Both the position numbers and the translations under genes were made by a program. Below, one piece after another: positions 1 to 10,147 of a stretch of DNA of 20,091 nt. The notes under the pieces are model-generated. The model searched no databases. It saw nothing but the letters and a program-made list of their open reading frames with translations, and had not been told where the DNA came from. Source of the stretch: a virus. Lineage: Duplodnaviria > Heunggongvirae > Uroviricota > Caudoviricetes. The stretch spans positions 1 through 20,091 of the IMG/VR virus record IMGVR_UViG_2693429524_000017; one strand, given 5' to 3'. Within the stretch, counting starts at the first letter, position 1. Each line of letters begins with the position of its first letter.

Positions 1-243
1 ATGGCAGAGATTATTCCCATGACTGAAGAACAGAAATTCCAGTTAGAGATTTACAAGCTGGTCATGAACCAGAACGCAGCCGCAGAGGAAGCATTTTAGT
101 TCATTGGCACTGACGAACTGAAGCTTGAGCTATTCAAAATTCACTTCCAGTCAGGCGGCGCTAATTCAGATATCACGACCCGCACTATCGAAGCGGTGCG
201 TAAATCGAAGGAAGCGTTAGACCTGTTCACCACCGGAGCATAA
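1..243 (+). pseudogene. Small ORF upstream of the terminase genes, about 80 codons in frame 1, interrupted by an in-frame TAG at 97-99; may be truncated at the window edge
   Basis: Frame 1 reads ATG at 1 to TAG at 97-99 (32 codons), then continues open for 47 more codons to TAA at 241-243. The second segment has no in-frame ATG near its start. Confidence 0.3.
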
Positions 244-322
244 ACATGGCAACTCAAGGTTTCGACAACCCATCCAAATTCCGCGATGAATGGGATAAGC
301 AAGCAGAAGGGAAATAATCAAT

Positions 323-811
323 ATGGCAGCACCAAAGGGCAACCGATTTTGGGAGGCCCGCAGTAGTCATGGGCGAAATCCTAAATTCGAATCGCCTGAG
401 GCGCTGTGGGCTGCTTGTTGTGAATACTTCGAGTGGGTAGAAGCTAACCCGCTATGGGAGATGAAGGCGTTCTCGTATCAGGGTGAAGTGATACAAGAAC
501 CTATCGCCAAGATGCGAGCGATGACCATTACAGGCCTCACTCTGTTCATTGATGTGACGCTTGAAACATGGCGCACATATCGCCTGCGAGAAGATTTATC
601 TGAAGTCGTTACGCGAGCAGAGCAGGTCATCTACGACCAGAAATTCTCTGGCGCAGCCGCTGACCTTCTCAACGCTAACATCATCGCCCGTGATTTGGGC
701 CTCAAAGAGCAGTCGCAAGTTGAAGACGTGACACCTGATAAGGGAGATCGCGATAAGCGACGCTCTCGTATCAAGGAGCTATTCAACCGTGGAACTGGAC
801 GCGATTCTTGA
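323..811 (+). CDS. terS: Terminase small subunit (P22 gp3-type), 162 aa
   Basis: ATG at 323 preceded by a GAAGGGA Shine-Dalgarno-like stretch. The translation matches my recollection of P22 gp3 along its whole length, and a P22 pac-like 22-mer lies inside it. Immediately upstream of and overlapping the large terminase gene. Confidence 0.9.
   Translation: MAAPKGNRFWEARSSHGRNPKFESPEALWAACCEYFEWVEANPLWEMKAFSYQGEVIQEPIAKMRAMTITGLTLFIDVTLETWRTYRLREDLSEVVTRAEQVIYDQKFSGAAADLLNANIIARDLGLKEQSQVEDVTPDKGDRDKRRSRIKELFNRGTGRDS
590..611 (+). other. pac: pac-like packaging recognition site inside the small terminase gene (GAAGATTTATCTGAAGTCGTTA)
   Basis: The 22-mer at 590-611 matches the P22 pac sequence as I recall it, and sits at about the same relative position within gene 3. 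Not verified against a reference. Confidence 0.5.
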
Positions 812-2285
812 TAACCTGAGCGACGAAGAGCAAATCGAGTTGCTCGAGCTACTCGAAGAAGAAGAGAACTACCGGAACACACACCTGCTATATGAATTTA
901 CGCCATACAGCAAACAGCGTGAGTTCATCGACGCCGGGCATGACTATCCAGAGCGATGTTTTATGGCTGGCAACCAGCTTGGTAAGTCATTTACTGGTGC
1001 TGCTGAAGTCGCGTTTCACCTTACCGGGCGTTATCCGGGCACAAAAGGCTATCCTGCTGATGGTAAATATGGCGGTGAGTGGAAAGGTAAGCGTTTCTAT
1101 GAGCCTGTTGTCTTCTGGATTGGTGGCGAGACAAACGAGACTGTAACCAAAACGACTCAACGCATCCTGTGCGGTCGTATCGAAGAGAATGATGAGCCTG
1201 GCTACGGTTCCATACCGAAAGAAGACATCATTAGCTGGAAGAAGTCTCCTTTCTTTCCGAACCTTGTTGATCATCTTCTGGTTAAGCATCACACGGCTGA
1301 TGGCGTTGAAGATGGCATTTCAATCTGCTACTTCAAGCCATACTCGCAAGGCCGTGCTCGCTGGCAGGGTGACACAATCCACGGCGTGTGGTTTGACGAA
1401 GAGCCACCATACAGCATTTATGGCGAAGGTCTTACCCGTACCAACAAATACGGGCAATTCTCAATTCTGACGTTTACCCCGCTGATGGGGATGTCTGACG
1501 TTGTTACCAAGTTCCTGAAGAATCCCAGCAAGTCGCAGAAAGTGGTCAACATGACCATCTATGACGCAGAGCACTACACCGACGAGCAGAAAGAGCAAAT
1601 CATCGCATCCTATCCTGAGCATGAGAGAGAGGCGCGTGCTCGCGGTATTCCAACGATGGGTAGCGGTCGAATCTTCCAGATACCGGAAGAGACGATTAAG
1701 TGTCAGCCGTTCGAGTGTCCTGATCACTTCTACGTCATCAATGCAATGGACTTCGGATGGGATCACCCACAGGCACATATCCAGCTTTGGTGGGATAAAG
1801 ACGAGGACGTGATTTATCTTTCTCGCGTCTGGAAGGCCAAACAGAAGAAGGCGACAGAGGCATGGAGTGCTGTTAAAGCATGGAGCAAAAACACCCCTAC
1901 GGCTTGGCCTCATGACGGGCATCAGCACGAAAAGGGAGGCGGCGCTCAGCTCAAGGAACAATACGCCGACGCTGGGTTCGACATGTTGCCAGATCATGCA
2001 ACATGGCCTGATGGAGGTAATGCGGTCGAACCCGGGATAGCAGAGATACGCGACATGATGCTCGACGGTCGTTTCAAGGTATTTAACACCTGCGAGCCAT
2101 TCTTTGAAGAGTTTCGCCTGTATCACCGCGATGAGAACGGGAGGATCGTCAAGCTAAATGACGACATCCTTTCTGCTGTTCGCTATGGCTACATGATGAG
2201 GCGTTTTGCAATACAGATGCGAGACATCAAAGATCCTAAAGAGATTGATTACTCAAGCTACAACATACCTTGCGGAGTTGGATGA
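789..2285 (+). CDS. terL: Terminase large subunit (P22 gp2-type), 498 aa
   Basis: GTG start at 789 overlapping the end of terS; TGA at 2283-2285 overlaps the portal ATG. Size, position and translation are consistent with P22-family large terminase. Confidence 0.9.
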   Translation: MELDAILDNLSDEEQIELLELLEEEENYRNTHLLYEFTPYSKQREFIDAGHDYPERCFMAGNQLGKSFTGAAEVAFHLTGRYPGTKGYPADGKYGGEWKGKRFYEPVVFWIGGETNETVTKTTQRILCGRIEENDEPGYGSIPKEDIISWKKSPFFPNLVDHLLVKHHTADGVEDGISICYFKPYSQGRARWQGDTIHGVWFDEEPPYSIYGEGLTRTNKYGQFSILTFTPLMGMSDVVTKFLKNPSKSQKVVNMTIYDAEHYTDEQKEQIIASYPEHEREARARGIPTMGSGRIFQIPEETIKCQPFECPDHFYVINAMDFGWDHPQAHIQLWWDKDEDVIYLSRVWKAKQKKATEAWSAVKAWSKNTPTAWPHDGHQHEKGGGAQLKEQYADAGFDMLPDHATWPDGGNAVEPGIAEIRDMMLDGRFKVFNTCEPFFEEFRLYHRDENGRIVKLNDDILSAVRYGYMMRRFAIQMRDIKDPKEIDYSSYNIPCGVG

Positions 2286-4486
2286 TGGCTGATGATAGAA
2301 AGATGACTGACTGGCATCGCAAGGTGCTGTGCAACTTTGATAATGCCTGGTCAGCAACGCAGGATATGCGTGAGCAGATTATTGAGGCTCAACGTTTCGT
2401 CCGGGTATCCGGCGCACAGTGGGAAGGCAGCACAAACGCTGGTTACTCATTTGATGAAGGAAGGTTTGAGCATTACCCGCGCTTTGAGCTGAATAAGATT
2501 GCCCGTGAATGTGATCGCATCATTGGCGAGTATCGACAGAATCGCATCAGCGTTAAATTCAGGCCGAAGGACGATAAGGCATCGGAAGCGTTAGCCGAAA
2601 AGATGAACGGCAAATTCCGCGCTGACTATCAGGAAACATCCGGTGGCGAAGCGTGTGATAACGCATTTGATGATGCTGTAACGGGCGGATTCGGTTGTTT
2701 CCGCATGTGTGCCGATTACGAAGATGAAATGGATCCGAGTAACGAGCAGCGCCGTATAAGCCTTCTTCCTGTTTACGACCCAGCGACATGCGTCTTCTTC
2801 GATCAGGACAGCAAGCAATATGACCGCTCTGATGCTATGTGGGCTATGGAAATGTTCTCCATGACGCCTAAAGCGTTCGAGGCTGAATACCCTGACTCCA
2901 TCGCGGCAAGTCTTTCTCGTGATGACACTGGTACTCAGTATGACTGGTCAACGCCTGATGCCATCTATGTTGGACGCTACTACGAAGTTCGCATAGAGAA
3001 GGTGAAGCTCACGGCGTGGCGCAATCCTGTCAGCGGAGAAACGGCAATCTATGATGAAGAGCAAATCAAAGATATTGTCGACGAGCTGACCGATGGTGCA
3101 TTCGAACTGATTGGCGAGCGAACGGTGAAGAAGCGCCGCGTTTATTGCGGTCTTCTGTCTGGCGCTGAATGGCTGGAAGAACCGAAGCGTATTCCGGGCG
3201 AACATATTCCTCTCATCCCGGTATATGGGCGTCGCTCATTTGTTGATAATCAGGAGCGAATAGAAGGCCACGCAGCAAAAGCGATGGATGCACAGCGTCT
3301 TGAGAACCTGATGGTTTCCATGATTGCAGATAACGCTACTCAGGCTGGCGGTGATGGCATTCCTGTAGTTGATGTTGACATGATTCCTGGTCCTCTCGCC
3401 AATCATTGGGCGGAGCGCAACAAAAAGCGCCCGGCGTTCCTGCCGATGGTAAGTCTGAAAAACAAAAACGGAGATATTACTGCGCAGGCTCAGGTCAGCA
3501 GTTATACACCTCCGACACAAATGCCTCCTGCTCTTGCCGGGTTATTGCAGTACACCGGAACGGCTATTCAGCAAATTACCGGGGCTTCGCAGCTTGAGAA
3601 CATGCCGAGCAACGTCGCCACCGATACCGTTGATAGCATCTTTAACCGGATGGACACGCAGTCCTATATCTACATGGACAACATGGCTAAATCCATGCGT
3701 CGCGCTGGCGTTGTGTGGCTTTCTATGGCGCGTGAGGTCTATGGCAGTGATACGCCGATGCGTATCGTGAATGAGGACGACAGCGATGACGTGGCGCTGA
3801 TGACTGGTGAAGTGGTTGACCGTCAGACAGGGCAGGTTATCGCGCTTAACGACCTTTCGCAGGGTAACTATGAAGTGACTGTCGATGTCGGTCAGTCGTT
3901 CGCTACTCGCCGTGATGCAACGGTTAAGTCGTTACTTTCCATGCTGGCACTTATCCCACCAGGAACGCCGAAGCACGACCTTGTATCGTCGATGATTCTC
4001 GACAATATGGACGGCGAAGGGATGGACGACCTGAAAGAATACAACCGCAATCAGTTGCTTCTGTCTGGCGTTATCAAGCCGAGAACGCCTGAAGAACAGC
4101 AAATGGTTGAGCAGGCGAAACAACAACAGGCCAGTCAGCCAGATCCGGCTATGGTTGCTGCGCAAGGTCAGCTTCTTGCTGGCCAGGCTGAATTGCAGAA
4201 AGCGCAGAACGAACAGGCAGCCATTCAGGTTAAAGCATTCCAGGCACAGACTGATGCTCAGGTTGCAGCGGCAAATGTTGTGAAAATACTCGCATCTGCC
4301 GATAGTCAGCAGAAATCTGATATCCGCGAGGCTCTGAAACTGCTCGGACAGTTCCAGCAACAGCAAGGAGATAATGCCCGTGCTGATGCAGAGCTTGTCC
4401 TGAAAAGTCAGGCACAGGGCCATGCGCAGCGCATGGACATCAGCAGCATCCTGCAAAAATCAACTCAGCAACAACCACAGCAGTAA
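2285..4486 (+). CDS. Portal protein (P22 gp1-like), about 733 aa
   Basis: Tandem ATGs at 2282 and 2285 overlap the terL stop; the track ORF begins at a TTG at 2270. Length and position fit a portal, with a Q/A-rich helical C-terminus like the P22 portal barrel. Shared motifs include KKRRVY, GEHIPLIPVYG and RMDISSILQ, but the sequence is clearly divergent from P22 gp1 as I recall it. Confidence 0.85.
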   Translation: MADDRKMTDWHRKVLCNFDNAWSATQDMREQIIEAQRFVRVSGAQWEGSTNAGYSFDEGRFEHYPRFELNKIARECDRIIGEYRQNRISVKFRPKDDKASEALAEKMNGKFRADYQETSGGEACDNAFDDAVTGGFGCFRMCADYEDEMDPSNEQRRISLLPVYDPATCVFFDQDSKQYDRSDAMWAMEMFSMTPKAFEAEYPDSIAASLSRDDTGTQYDWSTPDAIYVGRYYEVRIEKVKLTAWRNPVSGETAIYDEEQIKDIVDELTDGAFELIGERTVKKRRVYCGLLSGAEWLEEPKRIPGEHIPLIPVYGRRSFVDNQERIEGHAAKAMDAQRLENLMVSMIADNATQAGGDGIPVVDVDMIPGPLANHWAERNKKRPAFLPMVSLKNKNGDITAQAQVSSYTPPTQMPPALAGLLQYTGTAIQQITGASQLENMPSNVATDTVDSIFNRMDTQSYIYMDNMAKSMRRAGVVWLSMAREVYGSDTPMRIVNEDDSDDVALMTGEVVDRQTGQVIALNDLSQGNYEVTVDVGQSFATRRDATVKSLLSMLALIPPGTPKHDLVSSMILDNMDGEGMDDLKEYNRNQLLLSGVIKPRTPEEQQMVEQAKQQQASQPDPAMVAAQGQLLAGQAELQKAQNEQAAIQVKAFQAQTDAQVAAANVVKILASADSQQKSDIREALKLLGQFQQQQGDNARADAELVLKSQAQGHAQRMDISSILQKSTQQQPQQ

Positions 4487-4576
4487 TTAACCCATAACGT
4501 GCAATGGCTGTCTTTATGAGGCCTGGCACCCTATTGCCTTCCGATGGGCTGAACATCGAGTAAACAGGGGTAACAA

Positions 4577-5470
4577 ATGGACCAGATGGCAGAAAACACA
4601 CCAGAAGTTGAAATCGAAACCGACGCGTCAGAGCAGATTCCTGATGATGTCGAACTGGCTGAAGAAGTCGAAACAGTAGATGGCAGTGAGTCCTCCGGCA
4701 ATGATGCAGAGGAAGCTACTGAAACTGATGACGACGAATCAGAACAGGAATTCTACTTTGGTGACGAAAAGCTGGATTCGCCAACCAGCGAAGATGGCGC
4801 AGAGCATGGACTGGTAAAACACCTGCGCAAGACGATTAAAGAGAAAGACCGCGAGCTGAAAGAGCTGATGCGTCAGTCTCAGAAACCCGTCGAGCAGCAG
4901 CCGGTAATCACTCAACCACCGCGAATGCCAAAACTGGATGATGAGGACATCGGTTTCGATGAAGAAATCTACCAGCAACGCATGGCTAAGTGGGCAGAGG
5001 ATAACGGCAAGTACCAGCAACAGGAGATGGCTCGCAAGCAGAAGGAGCAGGAGCTTCAGGCTGCCTATCAAGAGCGATTATCCAAATATCAGCAACGTGT
5101 TAAGGCTCTCAAAGTTCCTGGCTATCAGGAAGCTGAGCAGGCCGTACTCGAGGAAATCCCAATCGAGACACAAAACGCGATCCTGTTTGAGTCAGAGAAG
5201 CCGGAGATCGTTGTTCTGGCACTCGGTCGCAACGCTGAACTGCGCAAGCAACTGGCAGAAGCTACCAACCCCGTAGCAATTGGTCGTCTGCTGGAACGTA
5301 TCGAATCGAAGGCCAGAATCATGCCAAAAGCAAAAACCACGGCAGCCACAACCCCGACAGTTAAGGGGAGCAACGGCGCAGTAATCAATAACCTCGACAA
5401 ACTGAAAGCCAAGGCGCTGGAAACTGGTGACTGGACGCCGTATTTCGCCGCCAAAAAGGCAAAAAAATAA
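4577..5470 (+). CDS. Scaffolding protein (P22 gp8-like), 297 aa
   Basis: Sits between portal and coat. Very acidic N-terminus, charged coiled-coil-like middle, Lys-rich C-terminus. RBS-like GGGG upstream of ATG at 4577. Confidence 0.8.
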   Translation: MDQMAENTPEVEIETDASEQIPDDVELAEEVETVDGSESSGNDAEEATETDDDESEQEFYFGDEKLDSPTSEDGAEHGLVKHLRKTIKEKDRELKELMRQSQKPVEQQPVITQPPRMPKLDDEDIGFDEEIYQQRMAKWAEDNGKYQQQEMARKQKEQELQAAYQERLSKYQQRVKALKVPGYQEAEQAVLEEIPIETQNAILFESEKPEIVVLALGRNAELRKQLAEATNPVAIGRLLERIESKARIMPKAKTTAATTPTVKGSNGAVINNLDKLKAKALETGDWTPYFAAKKAKK

Positions 5471-5488
5471 CCTATCGGAGCATTAAGC

Positions 5489-6742
5489 ATGGCTAACCAA
5501 TTAGCAAAAGACCTTGAAATCATGTTCGAAAACTACGTTGAAGGCTTTGAGGCCGCCTGCGTAGTTTCCCGTAACGCTAAAAAATTCCGTCCCGGTGATA
5601 CAGCAATGCAGCGAGCAGGTGATGTTCTGTATCGTCCGCAGCATTACCACATGAACATTGAGGAAGGCCTAGACCTCAGCGGCAAAACGCCAACAGCACT
5701 GGTTCAGCGCCTTGTTCCTTCTGTGTTCAAGGAGCCGAAAAACATTCTGTACACTCTGGATGCGCGTGAAATGCGTGACCCGGAACATAAAACTGAAGCT
5801 GGTCGCGCCGCAGGTATGCGCCTTGCTGCACAGATTGACTCTGACCTGATTTCCATGGTTACGCAGCGTGCTACTAACGTGATCACGATGGCTGACTCAA
5901 CCACAGGTTCACAGGGCCGTGATTTGTGGAACTGTGCGGCAGGTATTGATGCCACCATGACGGCGATTGGTGTACCTCAGGGTATCAACCGTCGCTCTTT
6001 CTGGAACCCCTTCAACTACAAAGACCTTGCTGGCGAGCTTAGTCACCGTGCCTATGCTCAGGGCGCAACCCTGACAGCATACGAAAAAGCGCAAATCCCT
6101 CCGGTTGCGTCCTTCGATAGCTACAAGACCGATATTTCTGGTCGTGTTCCGAAGGGTACAGCAACTTCCATTACGCTGGCAGCAGCACCTGCGCACAAGG
6201 TTGAAGCGAAAGATGCTAACGATATGCCAGTGGATAACCGACAGGGGACCATTACGGTATCTGCTGAAGGTTTGCAGGTTGGCGATGCGTTTACCATCGC
6301 AGGGGTGAATTCTGTACACCAGATCACCAAAGATACCACCGGGCAGCCGCAGGTATTCCGCGTTCTGGCAGTAAGCGGAACGACAGTAACTATCTCCCCG
6401 AAAATTCTGCCGCCTGACAACGCGGATGTCGCCAGCCGACCATATGCAAACGTTGATGCTAACGCGGCAAATGGTGCAGCAATTACCATTCTCAACAAAA
6501 ATGCCGCACCGGCTAACCTATTCTGGGCTGATGGTTCTGTTGAGCTGATGTACGGCAAACTGGCGTTCCCGACTGGTCAGGGTCCACAGGTAATGACAGC
6601 AACCACCGAGCAGGGCGCTACGCTGATCATGTCTTACGCCTTCGACCACATCAAAGGCGTAACCACTGCTCGTTTCACCACTCTGTATGGTTGCTCTGTA
6701 CTTGTTCCTGAATATACGGGCATCGTTATTGCCGGGCAGTAA
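5489..6742 (+). CDS. Major capsid (coat) protein (P22 gp5-like), 417 aa
   Basis: Position directly after scaffold, length, GGAG RBS, and a strong intrinsic terminator immediately downstream as expected for a highly expressed coat gene. Divergent from P22 gp5 itself. Confidence 0.85.
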   Translation: MANQLAKDLEIMFENYVEGFEAACVVSRNAKKFRPGDTAMQRAGDVLYRPQHYHMNIEEGLDLSGKTPTALVQRLVPSVFKEPKNILYTLDAREMRDPEHKTEAGRAAGMRLAAQIDSDLISMVTQRATNVITMADSTTGSQGRDLWNCAAGIDATMTAIGVPQGINRRSFWNPFNYKDLAGELSHRAYAQGATLTAYEKAQIPPVASFDSYKTDISGRVPKGTATSITLAAAPAHKVEAKDANDMPVDNRQGTITVSAEGLQVGDAFTIAGVNSVHQITKDTTGQPQVFRVLAVSGTTVTISPKILPPDNADVASRPYANVDANAANGAAITILNKNAAPANLFWADGSVELMYGKLAFPTGQGPQVMTATTEQGATLIMSYAFDHIKGVTTARFTTLYGCSVLVPEYTGIVIAGQ

Positions 6743-6749
6743 TTTTGGT

Positions 6750-6772
6750 GGGGCTTCGGCCCCATTTTTATT
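6750..6772 (+). terminator. Rho-independent terminator after the coat gene
   Basis: GGGGC-TTCG-GCCCC hairpin (6750-6763) followed by ATTTTTATT. Confidence 0.7.
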
Positions 6773-6783
6773 GGGAGAAGACA

Positions 6784-6972
6784 ATGGCACGAACAATGCT
6801 CTATAAGCCTGGCAACATGATCACCTGTGGTCAGTTTGCTGTCGATTACATCATTGTTGATGACGAAGAAGTTAAATCTCACCTGAAAAAAGGCTGGGTA
6901 AAAACTCCTGAAGAAACCGCAACGAAGCATAAAGTGGCTAAGGCGGAAGAAGATGGCGAAAACGAAGGGTGA
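6784..6972 (+). CDS. Small hypothetical protein between coat and gp4, about 62 aa
   Basis: ATG at 6784 preceded by GGGAGAAG RBS. The 3' end overlaps the gp4 start by 20 nt in another frame. I recall a small ORF at this position in P22 but cannot confirm it. Confidence 0.5.
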   Translation: MARTMLYKPGNMITCGQFAVDYIIVDDEEVKSHLKKGWVKTPEETATKHKVAKAEEDGENEG

Positions 6973-7414
6973 TCTCGTTCTTAAGGCTTTACGAAAAGCC
7001 GGGCTGTATTCCAATGCCACGTTGACAGATGCCGACCCTCAGGCAATTGAAGATTCCATTAATGACCTCGAAGACATGATGGCAGCATGGCAGGCGAAAG
7101 GTATCGAGCTTGGGTATCAGTTTGCTGATACAGAAAACGGCATCATGCCGTTGCCTGACGATGATTCAGGTATCCCTGCATGGGCAAATGATGGCGTCGC
7201 TTTGAAACTCGCTGTGCAAGTGTGCATGGATAACGTCATTCAGCCGTCAGACGCTCTCCTTACCGCTGCTGACAGTGCATATCAAACAATCTGTATCGCT
7301 TTAACCAAAATACCACCACTTGAGCGGCGAAATGACATGCCTCGCGGTAGTGGTAACAAAAGCGCGTTTACGTGGAATCGGTTTTACATCGAGAAAGATG
7401 ATCCGAGTACGTGA
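6953..7414 (+). CDS. Head completion / tail adaptor protein (P22 gp4-like), 153 aa
   Basis: N-terminus MAKTKGDLVLKALRKAGL resembles P22 gp4; conserved position upstream of gp10. Confidence 0.8.
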   Translation: MAKTKGDLVLKALRKAGLYSNATLTDADPQAIEDSINDLEDMMAAWQAKGIELGYQFADTENGIMPLPDDDSGIPAWANDGVALKLAVQVCMDNVIQPSDALLTAADSAYQTICIALTKIPPLERRNDMPRGSGNKSAFTWNRFYIEKDDPST

Positions 7415-7423
7415 GGTGAATAA

Positions 7424-8842
7424 ATGCCGATTCAGCAACTTCCGCTTATGAAAGGTGTCGGCAAAGACTTTCGAAACGCCGACTATATCGACTATCTGCC
7501 AGTGAATATGTTGGCTACACCCAAAGAAATCCTGAACAGCAGCGGATATCTTCGCTCATTCCCGGGCATTGCCAAACGTTCTGATGTGAACGGAGTATCG
7601 CGAGGCGTCGAGTACAACATGGCGCAGAATGCTGTTTATCGCGTGTGTGGTGGCAAGCTGTACAAAGGAGAAAGTGAAGTCGGTGACGTCGCCGGAAGTG
7701 GTCGTGTATCAATGGCGCATGGTCGGACATCACAGGCGGTAGGTGTTAATGGTCAACTGGTCGAGTATCGCTATGATGGCACTGTTAAAACCGTCTCAAA
7801 CTGGCCTACAGACAGCGGTTTTACGCAGTATGAGTTAGGTTCAGTTCGCGACATTACGCGCTTACGTGGGCGTTATGCGTGGTCAAAAGACGGTACTGAT
7901 TCATGGTTTATCACTGACCTTGAAGACGAATCGCACCCTGACCGCTACAGCGCACAATATCGTGCAGAATCGCAGCCTGACGGCATCATCGGCATAGGTA
8001 CATGGCGAGACTTTATCGTCTGCTTTGGTTCATCGACAATTGAATATTTCTCCCTGACTGGTGCAACCACCGTTGGTGCCGCTTTGTATGTCGCACAGCC
8101 ATCGCTGATGGTGCAGAAAGGTATTGCCGGGACTTACTGCAAAACGCCATTCGCTGATTCTTATGCGTTCATCAGCAATCCGGCAACAGGTGCGCCGTCT
8201 GTATACATCATCGGCTCCGGTCAGGTATCACCAATCGCCAGCGCGAGCATTGAGAAAATCCTCCGCTCCTACACTGCTGATGAACTGGCTGATGGTGTGA
8301 TGGAATCGCTGCGGTTTGATGCTCATGAGTTGCTGATTATCCACCTTCCTCGCCATGCTCTCGTGTACGACGCATCTTCAAGCGCAAATGGTCCGCAATG
8401 GTGTGTGCTGAAAACAGGCCTGTATGACGATGTGTACCGCGCTATCGACTTCATTTACGAAGGCAATCAGATAACGTGCGGCGATAAGCTGGAATCCGTG
8501 ACCGGGAAACTGCAGTTCGATATCAGCAGCCAGTATGGTCTTCAACAGGAACACCTGCTGTTTACTCCACTCTTCAAAGCAGATAACGCCAGATGCTTTG
8601 ATCTGGAGGTGGAATCATCGACGGGTGTTGCGCAGTACGCCGACCGCCTTTTTCTCTCTGCAACCACTGACGGCATCAATTACGGTCGTGAGCAGATGAT
8701 TGAGCAGAATGAACCGTTCGTTTACGACAAACGCGTTTTGTGGAAGAAAGTAGGGCGCATCAGGAAAAACATTGGTTTCAAATTGCGCGTTATCACGAAG
8801 TCACCTGTCACTCTGTCAGGCTGCCAGATAAGGATTGAGTAA
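7424..8842 (+). CDS. Head completion / tail hub protein (P22 gp10-like), 472 aa
   Basis: Same length as P22 gp10 as I recall it; GAGGTGA RBS; stop overlaps the next ATG (TAATG). Confidence 0.85.
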   Translation: MPIQQLPLMKGVGKDFRNADYIDYLPVNMLATPKEILNSSGYLRSFPGIAKRSDVNGVSRGVEYNMAQNAVYRVCGGKLYKGESEVGDVAGSGRVSMAHGRTSQAVGVNGQLVEYRYDGTVKTVSNWPTDSGFTQYELGSVRDITRLRGRYAWSKDGTDSWFITDLEDESHPDRYSAQYRAESQPDGIIGIGTWRDFIVCFGSSTIEYFSLTGATTVGAALYVAQPSLMVQKGIAGTYCKTPFADSYAFISNPATGAPSVYIIGSGQVSPIASASIEKILRSYTADELADGVMESLRFDAHELLIIHLPRHALVYDASSSANGPQWCVLKTGLYDDVYRAIDFIYEGNQITCGDKLESVTGKLQFDISSQYGLQQEHLLFTPLFKADNARCFDLEVESSTGVAQYADRLFLSATTDGINYGREQMIEQNEPFVYDKRVLWKKVGRIRKNIGFKLRVITKSPVTLSGCQIRIE

Positions 8843-9690
8843 TGGCTGATTCGAATCTCAATACACCTGTTATTGTTCAGGCTACACGGCTCGACACATC
8901 AGTCCTTCCACGCAATATCTTCTCGCAGTCGTATCTGCTTTACGTTATCGCACAGGGCACTGATGTTGGTAACGTGGCTAACAAGGCCAACGAGGCCGGA
9001 CAGGGCGCTTATGATGCACAGGTTAGGAACGATGAGCAGGATGTGATTCTCGCTGACCATGAGCAGCGAATTTCTGCTGCGGAAGCAACGCTTGTTAATC
9101 ATGAGGAGCGAATCAGCCAGGCAGAATCAACTCTTCAGGAACATGAAACACGAATAGCTCAGAATGAAAGCGATATTGCGTCGCTTGATACCAGAGTTCA
9201 GTCGCTCGAATCGCAGGTTTCAGACCATGAAACGCGCATCGATGCTCTGGAGTATGCCACTACTCGCAAGAAGTCAGAGGTTGTTTACTCTGGCGTATCT
9301 GTAACCATCCCGACAGCGCCGACCAACCTTGTTAGCCTGCTGAAAACGCTCACGCCGTCATCCGGCACGTTGGCACCATTCTTCGACACCGTTAACAACA
9401 AGATGGTTGTGTTCAACGAGAACAAAACCTTGTTCTTCAAGCTGTCGATCGTCGGGACGTGGCCCAGCGGAACCGCCAACAGGTCAATGCAGCTAACCTT
9501 TTCCGGCTCTGTTCCTGACACACTGGTAAGCAGTCGCAACTCGGCGACAACAACCGACAACATCCTGTTAGCTACGTTCTTCAGCGTGGATAAAGACGGC
9601 TTTCTTGCCACAAATGGCAGTACGTTAACCATTCAGTCGAATGGTGCGGCGTTTACTGCCACAACCATCAAGATAATCGCGGAGCAGTGA
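8842..9690 (+). CDS. Tail needle (P22 gp26-like) with a C-terminal knob domain, 282 aa
   Basis: N-terminus matches the gp26 type. The centre has heptad-type repeats (HEQRIS, HEERIS, HETRIA, HETRID) typical of the trimeric coiled coil. The C-terminal ~140 aa is a Ser/Thr/Asn-rich extension, as in Sf6/HK620-type knobbed needles, which P22 lacks. Confidence 0.85.
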   Translation: MADSNLNTPVIVQATRLDTSVLPRNIFSQSYLLYVIAQGTDVGNVANKANEAGQGAYDAQVRNDEQDVILADHEQRISAAEATLVNHEERISQAESTLQEHETRIAQNESDIASLDTRVQSLESQVSDHETRIDALEYATTRKKSEVVYSGVSVTIPTAPTNLVSLLKTLTPSSGTLAPFFDTVNNKMVVFNENKTLFFKLSIVGTWPSGTANRSMQLTFSGSVPDTLVSSRNSATTTDNILLATFFSVDKDGFLATNGSTLTIQSNGAAFTATTIKIIAEQ

Positions 9691-10145
9691 TGATTACATT
9701 CAAACCAACGCGAAACATCGACCTGATAGAAGCAGTCGGAAATCACCCTGACATTATCGCCGGGAGCAACAACGGTGATGGATACTACTACAAACCTGAA
9801 TGCCGTTACTTTGAGGTGAACGTGCACGGTCAGTTTGGCGGCATTGTTTACTATCAGGAGATTCAGCCGCTGACATTCGATTGCCACGCCATGTACCTGC
9901 CAGAGATTCGCGGCTTCAGCAAGGAAATCGGGCTGGAGTTCTGGCGATACATTCTGACTAACACCACTGTTCAGTGTGTCACATCGTTCGCTGCACGCAA
10001 ATTCCGCCACGGGCAGATGTACTGCGCAATGATTGGCCTTAATCGTGTAGGAACCATCAAGAAATACTTCAAAGGCGTGGATGACGTGACGTTTTACAGC
10101 GCAACACGCGAAGAACTAATCGACTTCCTGAATCACGGGAGATAG
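9690..10145 (+). CDS. gp14-like virion assembly / ejection-associated protein, about 151 aa
   Basis: Conserved position between needle and gp7; ATG at 9690 overlaps the needle TGA (track starts at a GTG at 9687). Confidence 0.7.
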   Translation: MITFKPTRNIDLIEAVGNHPDIIAGSNNGDGYYYKPECRYFEVNVHGQFGGIVYYQEIQPLTFDCHAMYLPEIRGFSKEIGLEFWRYILTNTTVQCVTSFAARKFRHGQMYCAMIGLNRVGTIKKYFKGVDDVTFYSATREELIDFLNHGR

Positions 10146-10147
10146 CC

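Noticed and set aside
246-317. 23-codon mini-ORF between the interrupted upstream ORF and terS
   Set aside because: Too short to support without conservation evidence, though a GGAG lies 7 nt upstream; left unannotated.
1461-2126. 221-aa minus-strand ORF inside the large terminase gene
   Set aside because: Entirely nested antisense within a well-supported conserved gene, with no RBS context; treated as a chance ORF. The same applies to the other nested track ORFs at 631-882, 892-1146, 987-1292, 1189-1470 and 1561-1812.
2559-4456. Several ORFs nested in the portal gene on both strands (2559-2789, 2591-2818, 2948-3205, 3236-3520, 3406-3597, 3534-3770, 3932-4456, 4230-4415)
   Set aside because: All lie inside the portal reading frame or antisense to it and lack independent signals; artefacts of a long gene.
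4739-6796. Nested or antisense ORFs within the scaffold and coat genes (4739-5071, 4938-5276, 5125-5523, 5704-5958, 5909-6319, 6105-6308, 6121-6558, 6518-6796), and 6634-7020 antisense to the small ORF and gp4 start
   Set aside because: Overlap strongly supported structural genes; no RBS or conservation argument; considered spurious.
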